A DNA stretch of 64,000 bases from assembly GCF_009914755.1 (NCBI RefSeq), contig NC_060933.1; one strand, 5' to 3'. Below the pieces are notes generated by a model. That model ran no database searches, had not been told where the DNA came from, and saw nothing but the letters and a program-made list of their open reading frames with translations. The translations under genes and the position numbers were made by a program. Source of the DNA: the human T2T-CHM13v2.0 reference genome, Homo sapiens. Of this stretch, positions 31,067 through 49,904 are shown piece after piece. The first letter of the stretch is position 1. Every line of letters starts with the position of its first letter.

Positions 31067-31334
31067 GCTCTCTGGTCTTGGTAGAGAGCATTGGCCAACA
31101 GCTTCTGCACAAGGTTACAAGGGAGATAGTCTCCTTGAGATTTGGCATATCTAAATTGTCTTTTTTTTTTTTTTCTTTTACCTTCACACTTACTAGTTTG
31201 GCCAGGTGTACAGTTCTAGTTTGAAAGTCCTTTTCCCTCAGAACTTTAAAGAGATTGTTCCCTAAAGTTCCAGCTTTTTATTAAAAAAAAAAAAATAGAG
31301 TTTCCCCTCACTTCTCTTTAAAAGTTTTTAGGGG

Positions 31335-31672
<338 letters not shown>

Positions 31673-31935
31673 TCATTTTTCTGGGCACACAATGGCCTTC
31701 TCAAACTGGGAACTTAATGTTTTTCAATTATTGGAACATTTAAAAAATTATATTTAGATAACTTTCCCTCTTTTCATTGAATTTGCATTTTCTAATGTTG
31801 GTGGTCCTTCTGGGCAATCCTCTGATTATCTTACCTTTTTCTCTCCTATTTTCTATGTCTTGGTCTTTTTATTCCATTTTCTGGTGGATTTCCTCAGCTT
31901 TACCTTACAACCATTTTACTGAATTAAAAAATAAC

Positions 31936-32568
<633 letters not shown>

Positions 32569-32677
32569 TAAAAGATGTAAAAGGTGTATAGTGAAAAGCC
32601 ACCCACTTCCTGTACTAGCTACCATATTCTCTCTTTACAGGCAACTGGTATTCCTCCTTCCAGAGATAACTCTGTTA

Positions 32678-32730
<53 letters not shown>

Positions 32731-32752
32731 GACACACACACACATATATACA
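32678..32752. repeat. Compound (TA)n(CA)n microsatellite
   Basis: Direct reading. Confidence 0.95.
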
Positions 32753-32753
32753 C

Positions 32754-32958
32754 TTTTTTTTTTTTTGAGACGGAGTCTTGCTCTGTCGCCAGGCTGGAGT
32801 GCAATGGCGCCACCATGCCCAGCTAATTTTTGTATTTTCAGTAGAGATGGGTTTTCACCATGTTGGCCAGGATGGTGTTGATCTCTCGACCTCGTGATCC
32901 ACTTGCCTTCGCCTTCCAAAGTGCTGGGATTACAGGTGTGAGCCACCGCGCCCGGCCT
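32754..32958 (-). mobile_element. AluS with most of the right arm deleted
   Basis: gagtgcaatggcg joined directly to ccaccatgcccagctaattttt. Confidence 0.9.
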
Positions 32959-33029
32959 CATACATATTTTTAAAAGTGTGTGTATATGATCATATTCTCT
33001 CTCCCTGTGAAATCACAGATGATAATAGA

Positions 33030-33950
33030 CTTCATATATTGTTATGCATCTTTTTTTCATAGAACCATGTGTCTTCAGACTGCTCCATGTGGAGGTATGG
33101 GTTTCTTTTTAAAATCATTTTAAAGAGCAGCATAGTATGATTTTAAACTCCATATTTTGTTTAATCAGTTTCCTATTGATTTGCTACATCCAACAATGCT
33201 GCAAGGGGTAACTTTGTACGTGTATTATGCTCACACGTGATAGTGCCATGTGTGATGAATATGGAATTACCAGGTGAATGCATATGTGCATTTGTACTTC
33301 TCACAGATGTTACTCCAGCTGCCTTTCATGGAAGCTGTGCTAACTTATGCTCTCACAGGCAAGGCATGAAAGCACTTGTTTCTTTATATCGTTGCCAGTA
33401 CAGTATGTTATGACATTTCTTAATCTTTACCAATCTGTTAAGTAAAAAATGGTATCTCATCTGTTTTTAATTTGCATTTCTCTTAGGAGAATGAGCATAT
33501 TTTCATAAATTTATAAGAGCTGTTTGTATTTGTGTTTCTGCGAACTGTTCATATCCTTTGCCATTGGGCTGTTACCAAGTTGTATGACATTATACCTAAG
33601 GGAAATAAGCCCCTCATGTGATAAGAATTGGAGTTGTTTGCAGTTTGTTCATCTTTTGATTCGGGTTATATTACATTTTTCCATGTTGGTGAATTTATTA
33701 GCAGCTTATTTTAAAGTCTTTGGATTTAATATCATGAAGAGAAAAAGGCGTTCCCCATCTTAAAATTATTATTTTTAAAATGTCCAGGGTTTCTTTTGGT
33801 ACTTTTGTAGTTTCAATATTTTTATATTTAAATTATTTATCCATATTGAATTTATTTTAGTACATATGGATCCAAGTTTACTTTTTTTCCCAGATGGCTA
33901 CTGGTTTTCCCAGTCATTTATTAATAGTCCATTTTCCCTCTGACTAAATC
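33030..33950 (-). mobile_element. Old L1 (L1ME-like) fragment
   Basis: aaaaaatggtatctcatctgtttttaatttgcatttctct...gaactgttcatatcctttgccatt. Confidence 0.7.
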
Positions 33951-34166
33951 CCCCATGCCTATGTGTCTGTTTCTTGACTTCTGTTTCTTGACTTCTGTTG
34001 TGTTGCTCTGCCTAGCTCTGTGATGTTGAGCTATTCATGTTTTAGTTGTGACACTATTCTAATTGTTAAGAATATGTTTGTATTAGGGAGGATTGGGCTT
34101 GTATTAAATATTTTATTGTTGATGTTAATTGTCAGTTTTGTAGTGGCATTTAAAAATGAATTATGT

Positions 34167-34430
34167 GGCTGGGAGCGGTGGCTCATGCCTATAATCCTAG
34201 CACTTTGGAAGGCCCAGGAAGGTGGAGTGCTTGAGCCCAGGAGTTCAAGACCAGCCTGGACAATATGATGAAACTCTGTCTCTATGAAAAATACAAAATT
34301 AGCCAGACGTGGTGGGGCATGCCTGTAGTTCCAGCTACTTGGCAGGCTGAGGCTGCAGTGAGTCATGATTGTGGCACTGCACTCCATCGTGGGTGACAGA
34401 GTGAGACAACATCTCAATAAAATAAAATAA
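34167..34430 (+). mobile_element. AluJ with right-arm deletion
   Basis: TSD AAAAATGAATTATG. Confidence 0.92.
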
Positions 34431-34591
34431 TTTTAAAAAATGAATTATGCAAACTTTAAAGGAAACTGATCATATTTTATGTAACTCAAAGAATGTTTAG
34501 GGACCTAGGCTGGTAAAGGTCAGAGTTTTCTAACTCAAGGTTTGCTTCCTTTTTTTTTTAAATCCCTCCAATGAGGGGGAAACAGATGCTA

Positions 34592-34907
<316 letters not shown>

Positions 34908-35628
34908 GTAGTACTTAATTTGGGATCAAGATCGGCTTACAAATCAGAACATTCAGGCTTGAGGAAGAGAAAAAGCAATTAAATAGGTCAACAATTGCAA
35001 AGCAAAACTCAATTTGAGAGTTGGGTAAAGAGATTTGATTGTGGGGACTCTGTCATTTGAGATGCAACTCTTGGTCCAGTCTCAGGTGATGAAAATACAG
35101 CATCAGTAGTTAACTGGAGTACAGCAGCATTGGTGCCTTTCTTTCTGTGAAAAAAGTCTTTATTTGCCTAAGATGTAGAAAAGAGACTGTAGTGAACCAG
35201 AGACCATTTTATTCTGAACTGTGGCAGAATAAAACGCCTTCTGGCGTCTGTCCTCACTGTTACTCTGAAATAGCCCATATATCGGGAAAAAATGTGGCTG
35301 CTTCTGTGTGTGTGTGTTGTGTGTGTGTGGGCCAGATTGTTGTTGTGTTACATTGTGATACCAAGAGAGAAGAGAACTTTTGTCTAGATGCTCACCTGAG
35401 ACATCCACCTGGCCTCCAAGCAGCATGCACATGAGTGAGGAATTTCAACAACTTGTTTTTTTCCTGTAAGATAATAAGTGTAAAACATTCATTGGACATG
35501 AGCACAAACACAGAGGCGTTATAGACTAGACTGTAAAATCGTCTGTGGGCCACTCTGAGCCCCTGTGGTCAGTCCTTTCCTTGGATGACTCTAAAGGGGA
35601 CTTGGGCCCCACTTAGGCATAACGGTGA

Positions 35629-35697
35629 ACAGAGATTTAAAAGGAGTTTGAGAGCATTCGTGTACAGAGATTTAAAAGGAGTTTGAGAGCATTTGTC

Positions 35698-35698
<1 letters not shown>
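35629..35698. repeat. 35-bp tandem duplication
   Basis: acagagatttaaaaggagtttgagagcattYgtSt x2. Confidence 0.93.
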
Positions 35699-36045
<347 letters not shown>

Positions 36046-38884
36046 TTTTATTTTTAAATTTAGACATATAGTTGATACTCAGAAGCTTAACATTCCTTAT
36101 ATGAAAGTCTTCACCAAGCTACTTGGCGTGAGCATCTTATTTGCCCTTTAAGCCTTACCCTGGGAATAAAATATAGCCTTTATCACTGTTTTTGGAATAT
36201 CTTGGAAGTGCGTAAAACTGCTTGAGTTTATTATGTAGAAGTGCATTTCCAGATTTCTGGAGTGTGGATCGAAGATTTTCATACCAGCAGTAGGGTCTCA
36301 ACCTTGTTTTTCTTATCTCTTGGCAAGAAAGCAAAGCTGGCCATTGGGGTATAATAAACCTTGTGTACACAGCTGCAGGAGGGAACAGGGAGGTGGCTGT
36401 GCTTGGAGGCCAGGTGTTTTGCCGACGATAATGGGGCATCTCTGGCACCATGTTGCTGGTCGGAACAGTTTTGGAGTTGGATTTTGTCCTGCAGTGATGT
36501 CTTTGAAGAGGAAAGCACTTTTGAATATTTGCATTGCTTTGAAGCCAGTGCCATGGAGATATTGTGACTTATTGCCAGTCAGAGGCAAAGCTGAGTGTGT
36601 GAGGTTTTGAACAAAGGTTGTTGAAAAAAGGAGATAATCATTAATTTTTTCAGTAAAATTCATTGAACCCCAAGGGCAATTTGGAGGGGTCATAGCTGTT
36701 TTTAGAATCTGTTGCTAATCACTGTATATCGTAGATATTAAGCCTAGGTTAAGAGCATTAGTGTGGGTACAGAGTTTAGATTTGCCAATTTGTGACTTTA
36801 GGCATGTTTAACCTTTCTAAGTCTGTTTTTCCATCTGAAGAATGGACATAGAGAAAATTTATCACTGGGCTTTTTGTGGGGGACAGATGAGGTAAGGCAT
36901 AATGCATTTAAAGTGGCAGGCACAGTCTAAATACTACCTAGTGCTCCTGCACAGGCATAGAAAATGGAAAATTGTTTATATATTTTACCCTCCTCCAAAA
37001 CACTCTTAGACCATCTGATTTTTATTTGACTTATCTGAATCCTGAATAGTTTTTACTGGATCATACTCTGGTATCTGGACTGTCCCTGGTTTGAAGGTGG
37101 TGCTGCTGGGTGAGAAGCCAAGGATGAGAGAGGCTGTGTTTTGGAGGCCCAGTCTGTCAAAACTGAGGTGGCATTTCTAGTTCCTGATAGAGTGAGACAG
37201 ATGCAAAGGTCATGGGAGCTTTGAACAGTTTCTATGCATTATGTGTTGTTTTTCATCTTCTGGAAGTGGGCTGGAATTTGTTTTCAGCAGCTAAGTTCAT
37301 TATGTAGTTGCCTCTAAGCCATGCCTCCCCTTTTCCATGTTTGTGAAAAGCAAAACAAAACCACCAGGCACATTATCTTTTACGAGGACCTGGAGATTGA
37401 CTAGCTGACACCCCCAGATTTCACATTTATGTTGAGATAAGGAGAATAATGTAAGTCACCCAGACTTTTTGTCATTCTGCATTTTTATTCACAGGGATGA
37501 ACAGAAGCTTGCAGATTGGGAGAAAGTGGGGGGCAGAACCAGTTGTTTTCAGGTGGACCCAAATAATGCATCTGCTTTGATAACTGCCTATCTCGATTTG
37601 CTTGGAAAGGGCATAGAGTAATAAATAGTTTGTGGGAGTGTGAAGAATGAGCCTTTAGACTGACCCAACTTGTGGAAATTCAGAAAATGCAGAAATGTAC
37701 GTTCTTCCAGCTTGTGAATCCTGAACAATGGAATTGTTAGAAGAACTTTTGAAACTTGTTCTTTTTTTGAAAGTATTATTGTGCTCGGTTGGCTACATGT
37801 GCTTTGGTCTCAAAAATTTGTGCCTTAATCACATTGCTGGGGAGGCTGTGGATTTCACTATCAACAGAAAGTAATGTAAGATGTGATATCTTTTCAGCAG
37901 GACCTAAGGAGATTTTCTCGAAAGAAAAGGGGAAAATGCCGCTCTTAAGCAAAAAATCTGGACCATGTTGGCAGACATACGTCTTTGAAACATACCAGCA
38001 GAGAATTATTTAATCATTTGCCCCTTAGTTTTATCTTGATCACTCCTAGCGTGATTTTTTCCCCCTCTTAGTTATGCAGCAGCCTACTGGCTGACATTTA
38101 ACTATTGATTGTTCATCCTGGGGAATGAATTACTGTGATTTATAGTCAAGGGTACAGATGTAAAGAGACAGAAAGGATCAGATGTTTCTAGTGCCTTTTT
38201 TCTTCCTCTGATGGCTTCTCCCAGAAACTTGATAAAAGCACCAACACTAAAACATGTTTACAATAAGAAAGCTGTTTATTCATCTTAAGTAGAAAATTCT
38301 ATAAGTTTATGTAAAATTTTGCCCATGTGGGAACAATTAGTCTTTTAATTTGAGTTGTGTATTGTAATTCCATGGATGGAGATGGGTGGAGGTTGGGCCG
38401 AGGGGAAGCTGAGGTAAGAAGCCAGACCAGAGAATTTAAAATGATGTCTTTCTTTGAGGATGCCCCCTTTGCCCCTCCTGCTGGGCCTCGCAGCCGTGGG
38501 ATTGGCCACATCACTTCCTGTCCAAGTTGGCACTGAGAGTGGCACAGTAACTCTGCCCAGTGTTCTCAGACTGCAGTGGGCAAGTTTCCAGCAATAGAGT
38601 CACCCAAAGAAACAACGCAGCCTCCTTTTTTTCTTTCTCTGTTGCCTAGGGCAGTTTTCCTCAGACCTCAGTACCTATGTCCCTTGCTTTTGGAATAACC
38701 CCATTAGGTCCCCAAACCTTGCCTTTGATGTATGTGGCTTCTTGAGGATCCCCTACATTTGCATCTGTTTCCTTCCCTTATGCAAAGGCCCTACGTCTTC
38801 CCTGGGAGAAGAGTCCTCGGGGGCTTTCCTGTGGGAGAAAGGAAGGATCTATTCCTGCCCACACTTCTTTCTCTCCAGATAGAG

Positions 38885-39060
38885 AAATAGCTCACATTTT
38901 TGGTGCCTACTCTGTACTGGGCACTGTACTGTGAGTTTTCATGTGTGACCTCACAGGTACTATGATCATCTCCAAGTGACGTTCAGAGAGGTGGTCTGCC
39001 CCAGGTCACAGGGCTAAAATTAGTAACATGTAAGGAAAATGGCTTTACTCTCAGCGTGAG
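38885..39060 (-). mobile_element. MIR fragment
   Basis: gtgcctactctgtactgggcactgtact...tgccccaggtcacagggcta. Confidence 0.6.
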
Positions 39061-39324
39061 ATGAAACAGACAATACAGTACACCTGCTGAGTGACAGAGT
39101 TGTCCCTGAGTTGTTAGGGCCTTTGCCCGCCTTGGAGCTCCACTTGCTTGGTGCACAGTAGGCAGCAAATGGGCTGTAGAATCATGGTATTTGTGATTTC
39201 CTGTGTCCTTGACAGTTGAGATATTCTCTAAGGCTATTTATGTTCTCTCTACCATGCTCGTCACAAGCAGTCTTCTGGGTCCTCACAAGCAGTCTTTATT
39301 GTTTATATTTCTATTAACAGGTCT

Positions 39325-40286
39325 GTTTAAGGCAACGTAAACCTTTCCTACCATGTTCCTCAAAATTCTTCCAAGCTCCTTCACTACCCAATTCCAAAAC
39401 CACTTCCACATTTTTTGGTATTTGTTATAACAGCACCCCACTTCCAGGTACTAAAGTCTTCTAGTTTTCTATTCCTGCTGTAATAAAACCCACAAATTTC
39501 ATGCTTAAAACAGCACGTGTGGGGCGCGGTGGCTCACATCTGTAATCCCAGCACTTCAGGAGGCTGAGGTGGGCGGATCACTTGAGGTCAGGAGTTAAAG
39601 ACCATCCTGGTTAACATGGTGAAACTCTGTCTCTACTAAAAAATATAAAAAAAATAGCCAGACATGGTGGCGGGCACCTGTAATCCCAGCTACTCGGGAA
39701 GCTGAGGCAAGAGAATCACTTGAAACCCAGGAGGCAGAGTTTGCAGTGAGCTGAGATTATGCCACTGCACTCCAACTTGGGCAACAGAGCGAGACTGTCT
39801 GAGAAAAAAAATACACAAAAGCACACATTTTTTTATATTACAGTTGTGTAGATCAGAAGTTGGACACAGGTCTCACTGGAATAAAATCAAGAAGTCAGCA
39901 GGACCAGTTCCTTCTGAAGGTTTTGGGGAGAATCTGTTTCCTTACTGCTGCAGCTTCTAGAGGTTGCCTGTATTCCTTGGCTTGTGACCCGTTTCTTCAT
40001 CTTCAAAGCCACCACTGGCAAATTTAGTCCCTTTTACGCCTGACATTTCTTCTGGCTCCTCTTATGTGATCCCATCTTTCTGTCTCTGACCACAGAAATA
40101 AAAGACTTTTTAAAAAGACTCATTAGATTGGGTCCATCTAGATAATCCAGGAAAATCTCTCCATCCCAAAGTCCTTAATCTTAATGCCGTCTGCACAATG
40201 ACTTTTGCCATGAATGTAACATAGTCACAGGTTTGGGAATTAGAAGTTGGGCACCTTTGGGGGGCGCATTTTTCTGCCTGCCACAC
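39325..40286 (-). mobile_element. MaLR (MLT1D/E-like) 5' LTR plus start of internal region, split by Alu
   Basis: Reverse LTR starts TGTGGCAGGCAGAAAA; internal start gtacctggaagtggggtgctgttataacaaatacc. Confidence 0.75.
39521..39810 (+). mobile_element. AluS
   Basis: Full dimer. Confidence 0.93.
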
Positions 40287-41117
40287 ATGATAAGGTGTAG
40301 ACACAATACAGTTAACTCTCTTAGTTCGCAGTCGGCACCCCTTTAAGTAAAGTGTGTGGTTTCTAATCAAGCATTTTATTCAGGGTGCATCTGTTCCACC
40401 TGGCTGGCAGCACGCACCTTGCAGGTCAGGTGTGAGATGAGCAAGACCCATTGGAAGACTGGAAGCTACCTCCTTCTCTCTTTTAGGACAAGGAAGCGAG
40501 AGAGAAGCGAGGAGACCACTTGAGTTGTGACTCTCCTGCTTATGGTGAAATTAAGAACTAAAACTAAAACAACAGGAACCCTTTCATAACGGAAATACTG
40601 AAGTATAAAATGAAACCACCTCCTAAACAACTCTTTTTCCTTTGAAAACAAAGCTAAGCTGCGTTGATGCTTGCACCTCTGCTCTTGCGTGGGAAAATTG
40701 GACCCCTCTGTGACATTTGGTGTGTTACTGAGCAGGGTTCCCTTGGGGAGGACGAGAAGCCTCCTCTCCACTTGACACTTGGAATTTGATACCAGTTCCT
40801 GTCTGACAGCTGGTTAGCCTGTCAGGCCCTCACAAGTTAAATCTTGTCTCAGAAAATAATTTGCTAGAAGATCAAAGCATGGATGGGATAAATTAATTTT
40901 TCAACAAGCCACAGGTTTGGGATAATTGTCTCTCAAGTGTTGCTAATGTCTTTGATAAACAAGTAATTTGGGGGGGCTCTTTTTTTCTCTTGAGATTATA
41001 AATCTTGATTGATTCATATGTTGAAAAAGAACTCTGAAAGCTTGCACCTAAGATGAAGCCCTGGAATAACCTGAAATAATAATAATAGGTATATTTCAAC
41101 ACCTGTGCCATTCGGAG

Positions 41118-41316
41118 CAGTGATTCTCAACAGGTGGGGGTGGGAGATCGATTTTTGCCCCCCAGGGGCATTTGGCAGTGTTTGGAGACATTTTTGGTTG
41201 CCATGATTTTGGGGAGGGGTGCTACTGGCATCTAGGGAGTAGAGGCCAGAGATGCCCAGAATAGCCCACAACAAAGAGTTATAGAATGTCAGTAGTGCTG
41301 AGGTGGAGAACTCTTG
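41118..41316 (+). mobile_element. MER20 (hAT-Charlie)
   Basis: CAGTGATTCTCAAC...gccccccaggggcatttggcagtgtttggagacattttt...gctactggcatctag. Confidence 0.85.
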
Positions 41317-41574
41317 ATTGAGAAAGGAGTGTTTTCTATTTTACTTATTTTCGTGTGTCTTAACACTATTCCTGGATTTAATTTCTTTGAGGATAGGGTC
41401 CATCCTTTTATTTTCTCACTCAACACAACAAGTTGCCCTGAGTAGGCTCAAACATTTATTTACTGTTGATTCCCCTCTCTCTTGTTAAGCTATTCATCCT
41501 TTTTTTTTTCTGTCTTGGAGCAGAGCTATTGAGGGCAGCACTGAAAAGCAGATGGTAGAGCTGTGGCAGAATCA

Positions 41575-41735
41575 ACATGGTTGGGAGAGCGGAAAGAACA
41601 CAAGCTCTGGACTTCTCTCAGCCCCTTCTTTCTCGTCTGTAAAAAAAAAAAAGTTAATAATAGTGCCCAACTTAGGATGATTGTACTTGAGAAAGATCGT
41701 GTTGCAAAAAATGGGGATGTAGTAAGTGCTCAGTA
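41575..41735 (+). mobile_element. MIR fragment
   Basis: tctcgtctgtaaaa...taataatagtgccc...gtagtaagtgctcagtaa. Confidence 0.55.
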
Positions 41736-42336
41736 ATGCCTTCTCAGGCAGCTGAGCAGGAGACTGTGTGCAAGGCCCTCTATCTCAGGGCCCTGTTTTT
41801 TTGTAAAAAGTTGAGTAAAGGAGGGGCAGACATCTTACACATTTCAGAATTGTTATCAGTTCTCCAGGAAGAAGAGGGAAAGAAAAACATTTATAGCATT
41901 TCAGTAAAGATTACTCCATGATTGACAAAACAATTTTGAGGATCCTAAGAGGCACATTCTGCCTCAGGCTGGAGCAGTTTTTAAAACTAAATTGACAGCA
42001 ACTAGTTCAAGTTGGAACAGTCCTCACTTAATTATAGATACCTGCAGAGGTTCCTTCAAACAGGTGGGTTTCAACAGCGTGGTGCTATCTAGCAAAAGCT
42101 ATTGTTTGCTTAGTTATTTGTTTGAGAGTCAGCTTAGAACATAAGGAAGGAGTCAGAGTTGGGGTGGAATTCTGTCTCTGATTGGATCAGAGCCTCCATT
42201 TTCCTAATTGTAATATGGAAATAATGATTGTCCCTCAGAGGATGGTTATAAGGGACAACATATTTGTTACACATTTGGCATAGTAAGTACTTCATAAATG
42301 ACACCTATAAAAGTTTTTGTTTGAAAATTTTCCAGC

Positions 42337-44575
<2,239 letters not shown>

Positions 44576-44901
44576 TTGAAAAACGAAAAAAAAACACAAA
44601 AAAACAGAGAGCTGGAGGCATCATGCTACTTGACTTCAAAATATACTAAAAAGCTGTCATCAAAACAGCATAGTAGTGGTGTAGAAACAGACATATAGAC
44701 CAATGGAACAGAATAGAGACCCCAGAAATAATTCATATTTACAGTCGGTTGGCTGTTTGACAAAGTTGCCAAGAACACACAATGGGGAAAAGAGAGTCTT
44801 TTCAATAAATGGTGTTGGAAAAACTGGGCATCCACATACAGAAAAATTAAACCCCTTTCTCACACCATATACAAAAATCAACTCAAAATGGACTAAAGAT
44901 T

Positions 44902-44936
44902 GGGGGCATGGCTCAGGGGTAGAGGATTTGACTGCA
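44902..44936 (+). pseudogene. Tailless retrocopy of the tRNA-Cys(GCA) 5' half
   Basis: GGGGGCATGGCTCAGGGGTAGAGGATTTGACTGCA vs recalled tRNA-Cys GGGGGTATAGCTCAGGGGTAGAGCATTTGACTGCA (32/35); 18-bp TSD CAAAATGGACTAAAGA(T/C)T. Confidence 0.85.
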
Positions 44937-45269
44937 AAATGGACTAAAGACTTAGTAAGATCCAAAAGTATAAAACTACTTGAAGAACACACAGAGAAAA
45001 AGCTTCTTGACATTAGCCTGGGCAATGATGTTTTGGATATGACCTCAAAAGTATCACAGAAGCAAACATAGACAAATGGGATTGTGTTAAACTAAAAAAA
45101 AAATTCTGCATAGAAAAGGAAACAAACAATAGAATGAAGAGATGGCCTGTAGAATGGGATAAAATGGTTGCAGACCATACATCTGATAAGGGGTTAATAT
45201 ATAAAATATACAAGGAACCCATACAACTCAATAGCAAGAAAATAAATAACCGGATTAAAAAAATGAACA

Positions 45270-45812
<543 letters not shown>

Positions 45813-46662
45813 CCACAGTGAGGTATCATCTCACATCTACTAGAATGGATATTATCAAAGGCAAAAGGTAACAAGTGTGTTGGGAAAATGTGAGATAAAG
45901 GGACCCTCTTAGACTGTTGATGAGAATGTTAGTACAACCAATATGGAAAATAGTATGAGTATGGAAGTTCTGCAGAAAATAAAAACTGAACTTCCATATG
46001 ATCCACCAATCCTACTTCTGGGTATACATCCAAAGGAATTGAAATCAAAGAGATACCTGTACTTCTGTGTCCCTCGCAGCATGATTCACAATAGTCAAGT
46101 TATGGAGACAATGGAAGTGTTCATCAGTAGATGAATGGGTAAAGAAAATGTGGTATATGTGTACACTGGAATACTCTTCAGCCTTACAAAGCAAGAAATC
46201 CTGTCATTTGCAGCAATATAGATGAACCTATTCATAAATGAAATAGCCAGGCACAGAAAGACAGATACTGCATTTTCTCACTTATATGTGGTATCCAAGA
46301 AAGTCAAACTCTCTCACAGAAGCTGAGAGTGGAGTGGTGGTTGTCAGGGGCTGGGAGATGAGCGGTACTTGGGAGGGCGTTGGTTAAAGGTAAAAAGTTT
46401 CAGTTAAGTTAAATATGTTCTGGAGATCTATTGTACAGTGTGGTGACTGTAGTTAACGTATACTTGGAAATCACTAAGAGATTAGCTCTCAAATGTTCTC
46501 ACCACAAATAAGTGCGAGGTGGGTATGTTAATTAGCTAGATTTAATTTCACGAGGTCTATGTACATCAAACCATGTATATTGTAAATATATACAATTTTT
46601 ATTTTTTAATTATAACCTTAATAAAAGTGGGAGGAAAAGTGATAAACGGTAATAAGCCCTTA

Positions 46663-47137
<475 letters not shown>

Positions 47138-47471
47138 TCACCAGAAAATGACCATTGTGCATTATGCTGTCACTGCAGATGGAAAACTAGCAGCAGTTTA
47201 CAAAGTTTCCACTTGAAAAAACATAACTCTAATTGATTTTAAAAAGTAGTTGATTGTTGCAAGACTTGACATTTCTCTAGTTAATTTCTATGCCTGTTGT
47301 TTTGCCCCTTACCGTCTTCAAAATCTGAATCCAAATCCAGGGCTTCTCTATTAGGAGGCTCCATATCATATCTCTTTAATCCTGATAATTTCTCAGTTTT
47401 TTGTTTCCTACCTACCTGGCTATTTTCTTACGCTATCTTTATTTGCTTAGTAAATATAACATTTCATGTTC

Positions 47472-47792
47472 TATTTTATTTTATTTTATTTTATTATTTT
47501 ATTTTTTATTTTTGAGACAATGTTCTGTTGCCCAGGCTGGAGTGCAGTGGCATGACCATGGCTCACTGCAACCTCCATCTCCTAGGCTCAAGTGATCTTC
47601 CCACCTCAGCCTCCTGAGTAGCTGGGACCACAGGTGTGCACCACCATACCCGGCTAATTTTTTTATTTTTTGTAGAGACAGGGTTTTGCCATGTTGCCCA
47701 GACTGGTCTCGAACTCCTGGAATCAAGCAAGCCACCCCCCACTTGGCCTCCCGAAGTGCTAGGAGTACAGGCAAGAGCCACTGCACCTGGCC
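47472..47792 (-). mobile_element. AluJ
   Basis: Reverse Alu with (TTTTA)n tail. Confidence 0.93.
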
Positions 47793-48049
47793 CTGTTAAC
47801 TTCTTATGTCATTTCCCCACTTTAATATATTTGAGGGCTAGTTCTGTGTCATGTATGTATTTTAACATCACTACCGCATCTGGTGCAGAGAGGGGCATTC
47901 TGTAGTCTTCGTACTTCTTATCTTCACTATTGCTGATGAGCCATAACAAATTTGAGATGAGCAATTAATAGATGGACCGGCCAACAAATACTATGTGGAG
48001 GAATAAGTGAGGCCAAAGCTGATGGATGATGCAAAGTGAGGACGTAACA

Positions 48050-49515
<1,466 letters not shown>

Positions 49516-49687
49516 AGTACAGAGCCTTTGAAGACATTAGAAAATGTGTGCCTTTCTGGATGGACACAGTCCCTGGCTTGGTGAGTGGACCGTGCATGGG
49601 ACTTCAGCTCTTATGTGCCACCTTAGCTGGGTGCACTTGTTTAGTGTGCAGAATACACCTTCCATGCGTGGTGGCCTAGGATATATC

Positions 49688-49904
49688 TGCACTTCTCAAT
49701 CTAAGGCAATGTTGCCTCCCAGGGAATATTTGGCAATATCCGAAGAAATTTATGATTGTTATAGCTGAATCAGAGAGGGTAGGTGCTACTGTCATCTAGT
49801 GTGTAAAGGCCAGAGATGCTGCTAAACACTCTGCAGTGTCCAGGACAACCCCTGACAACAAAGAATTATCCAGCCCCAAACACCAGTTGTGCTGAGAAAC
49901 GCTG
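49688..49904 (+). mobile_element. MER20
   Basis: gtgctactgtcatctagtgtgtaaaggccagagatgctgctaaacac...aacaaagaattatccagccccaaa. Confidence 0.85.

Noticed and set aside
44902-44936. Functional tRNA-Cys gene
   Set aside because: Only the 5' half; no B box, T arm or acceptor 3' strand.
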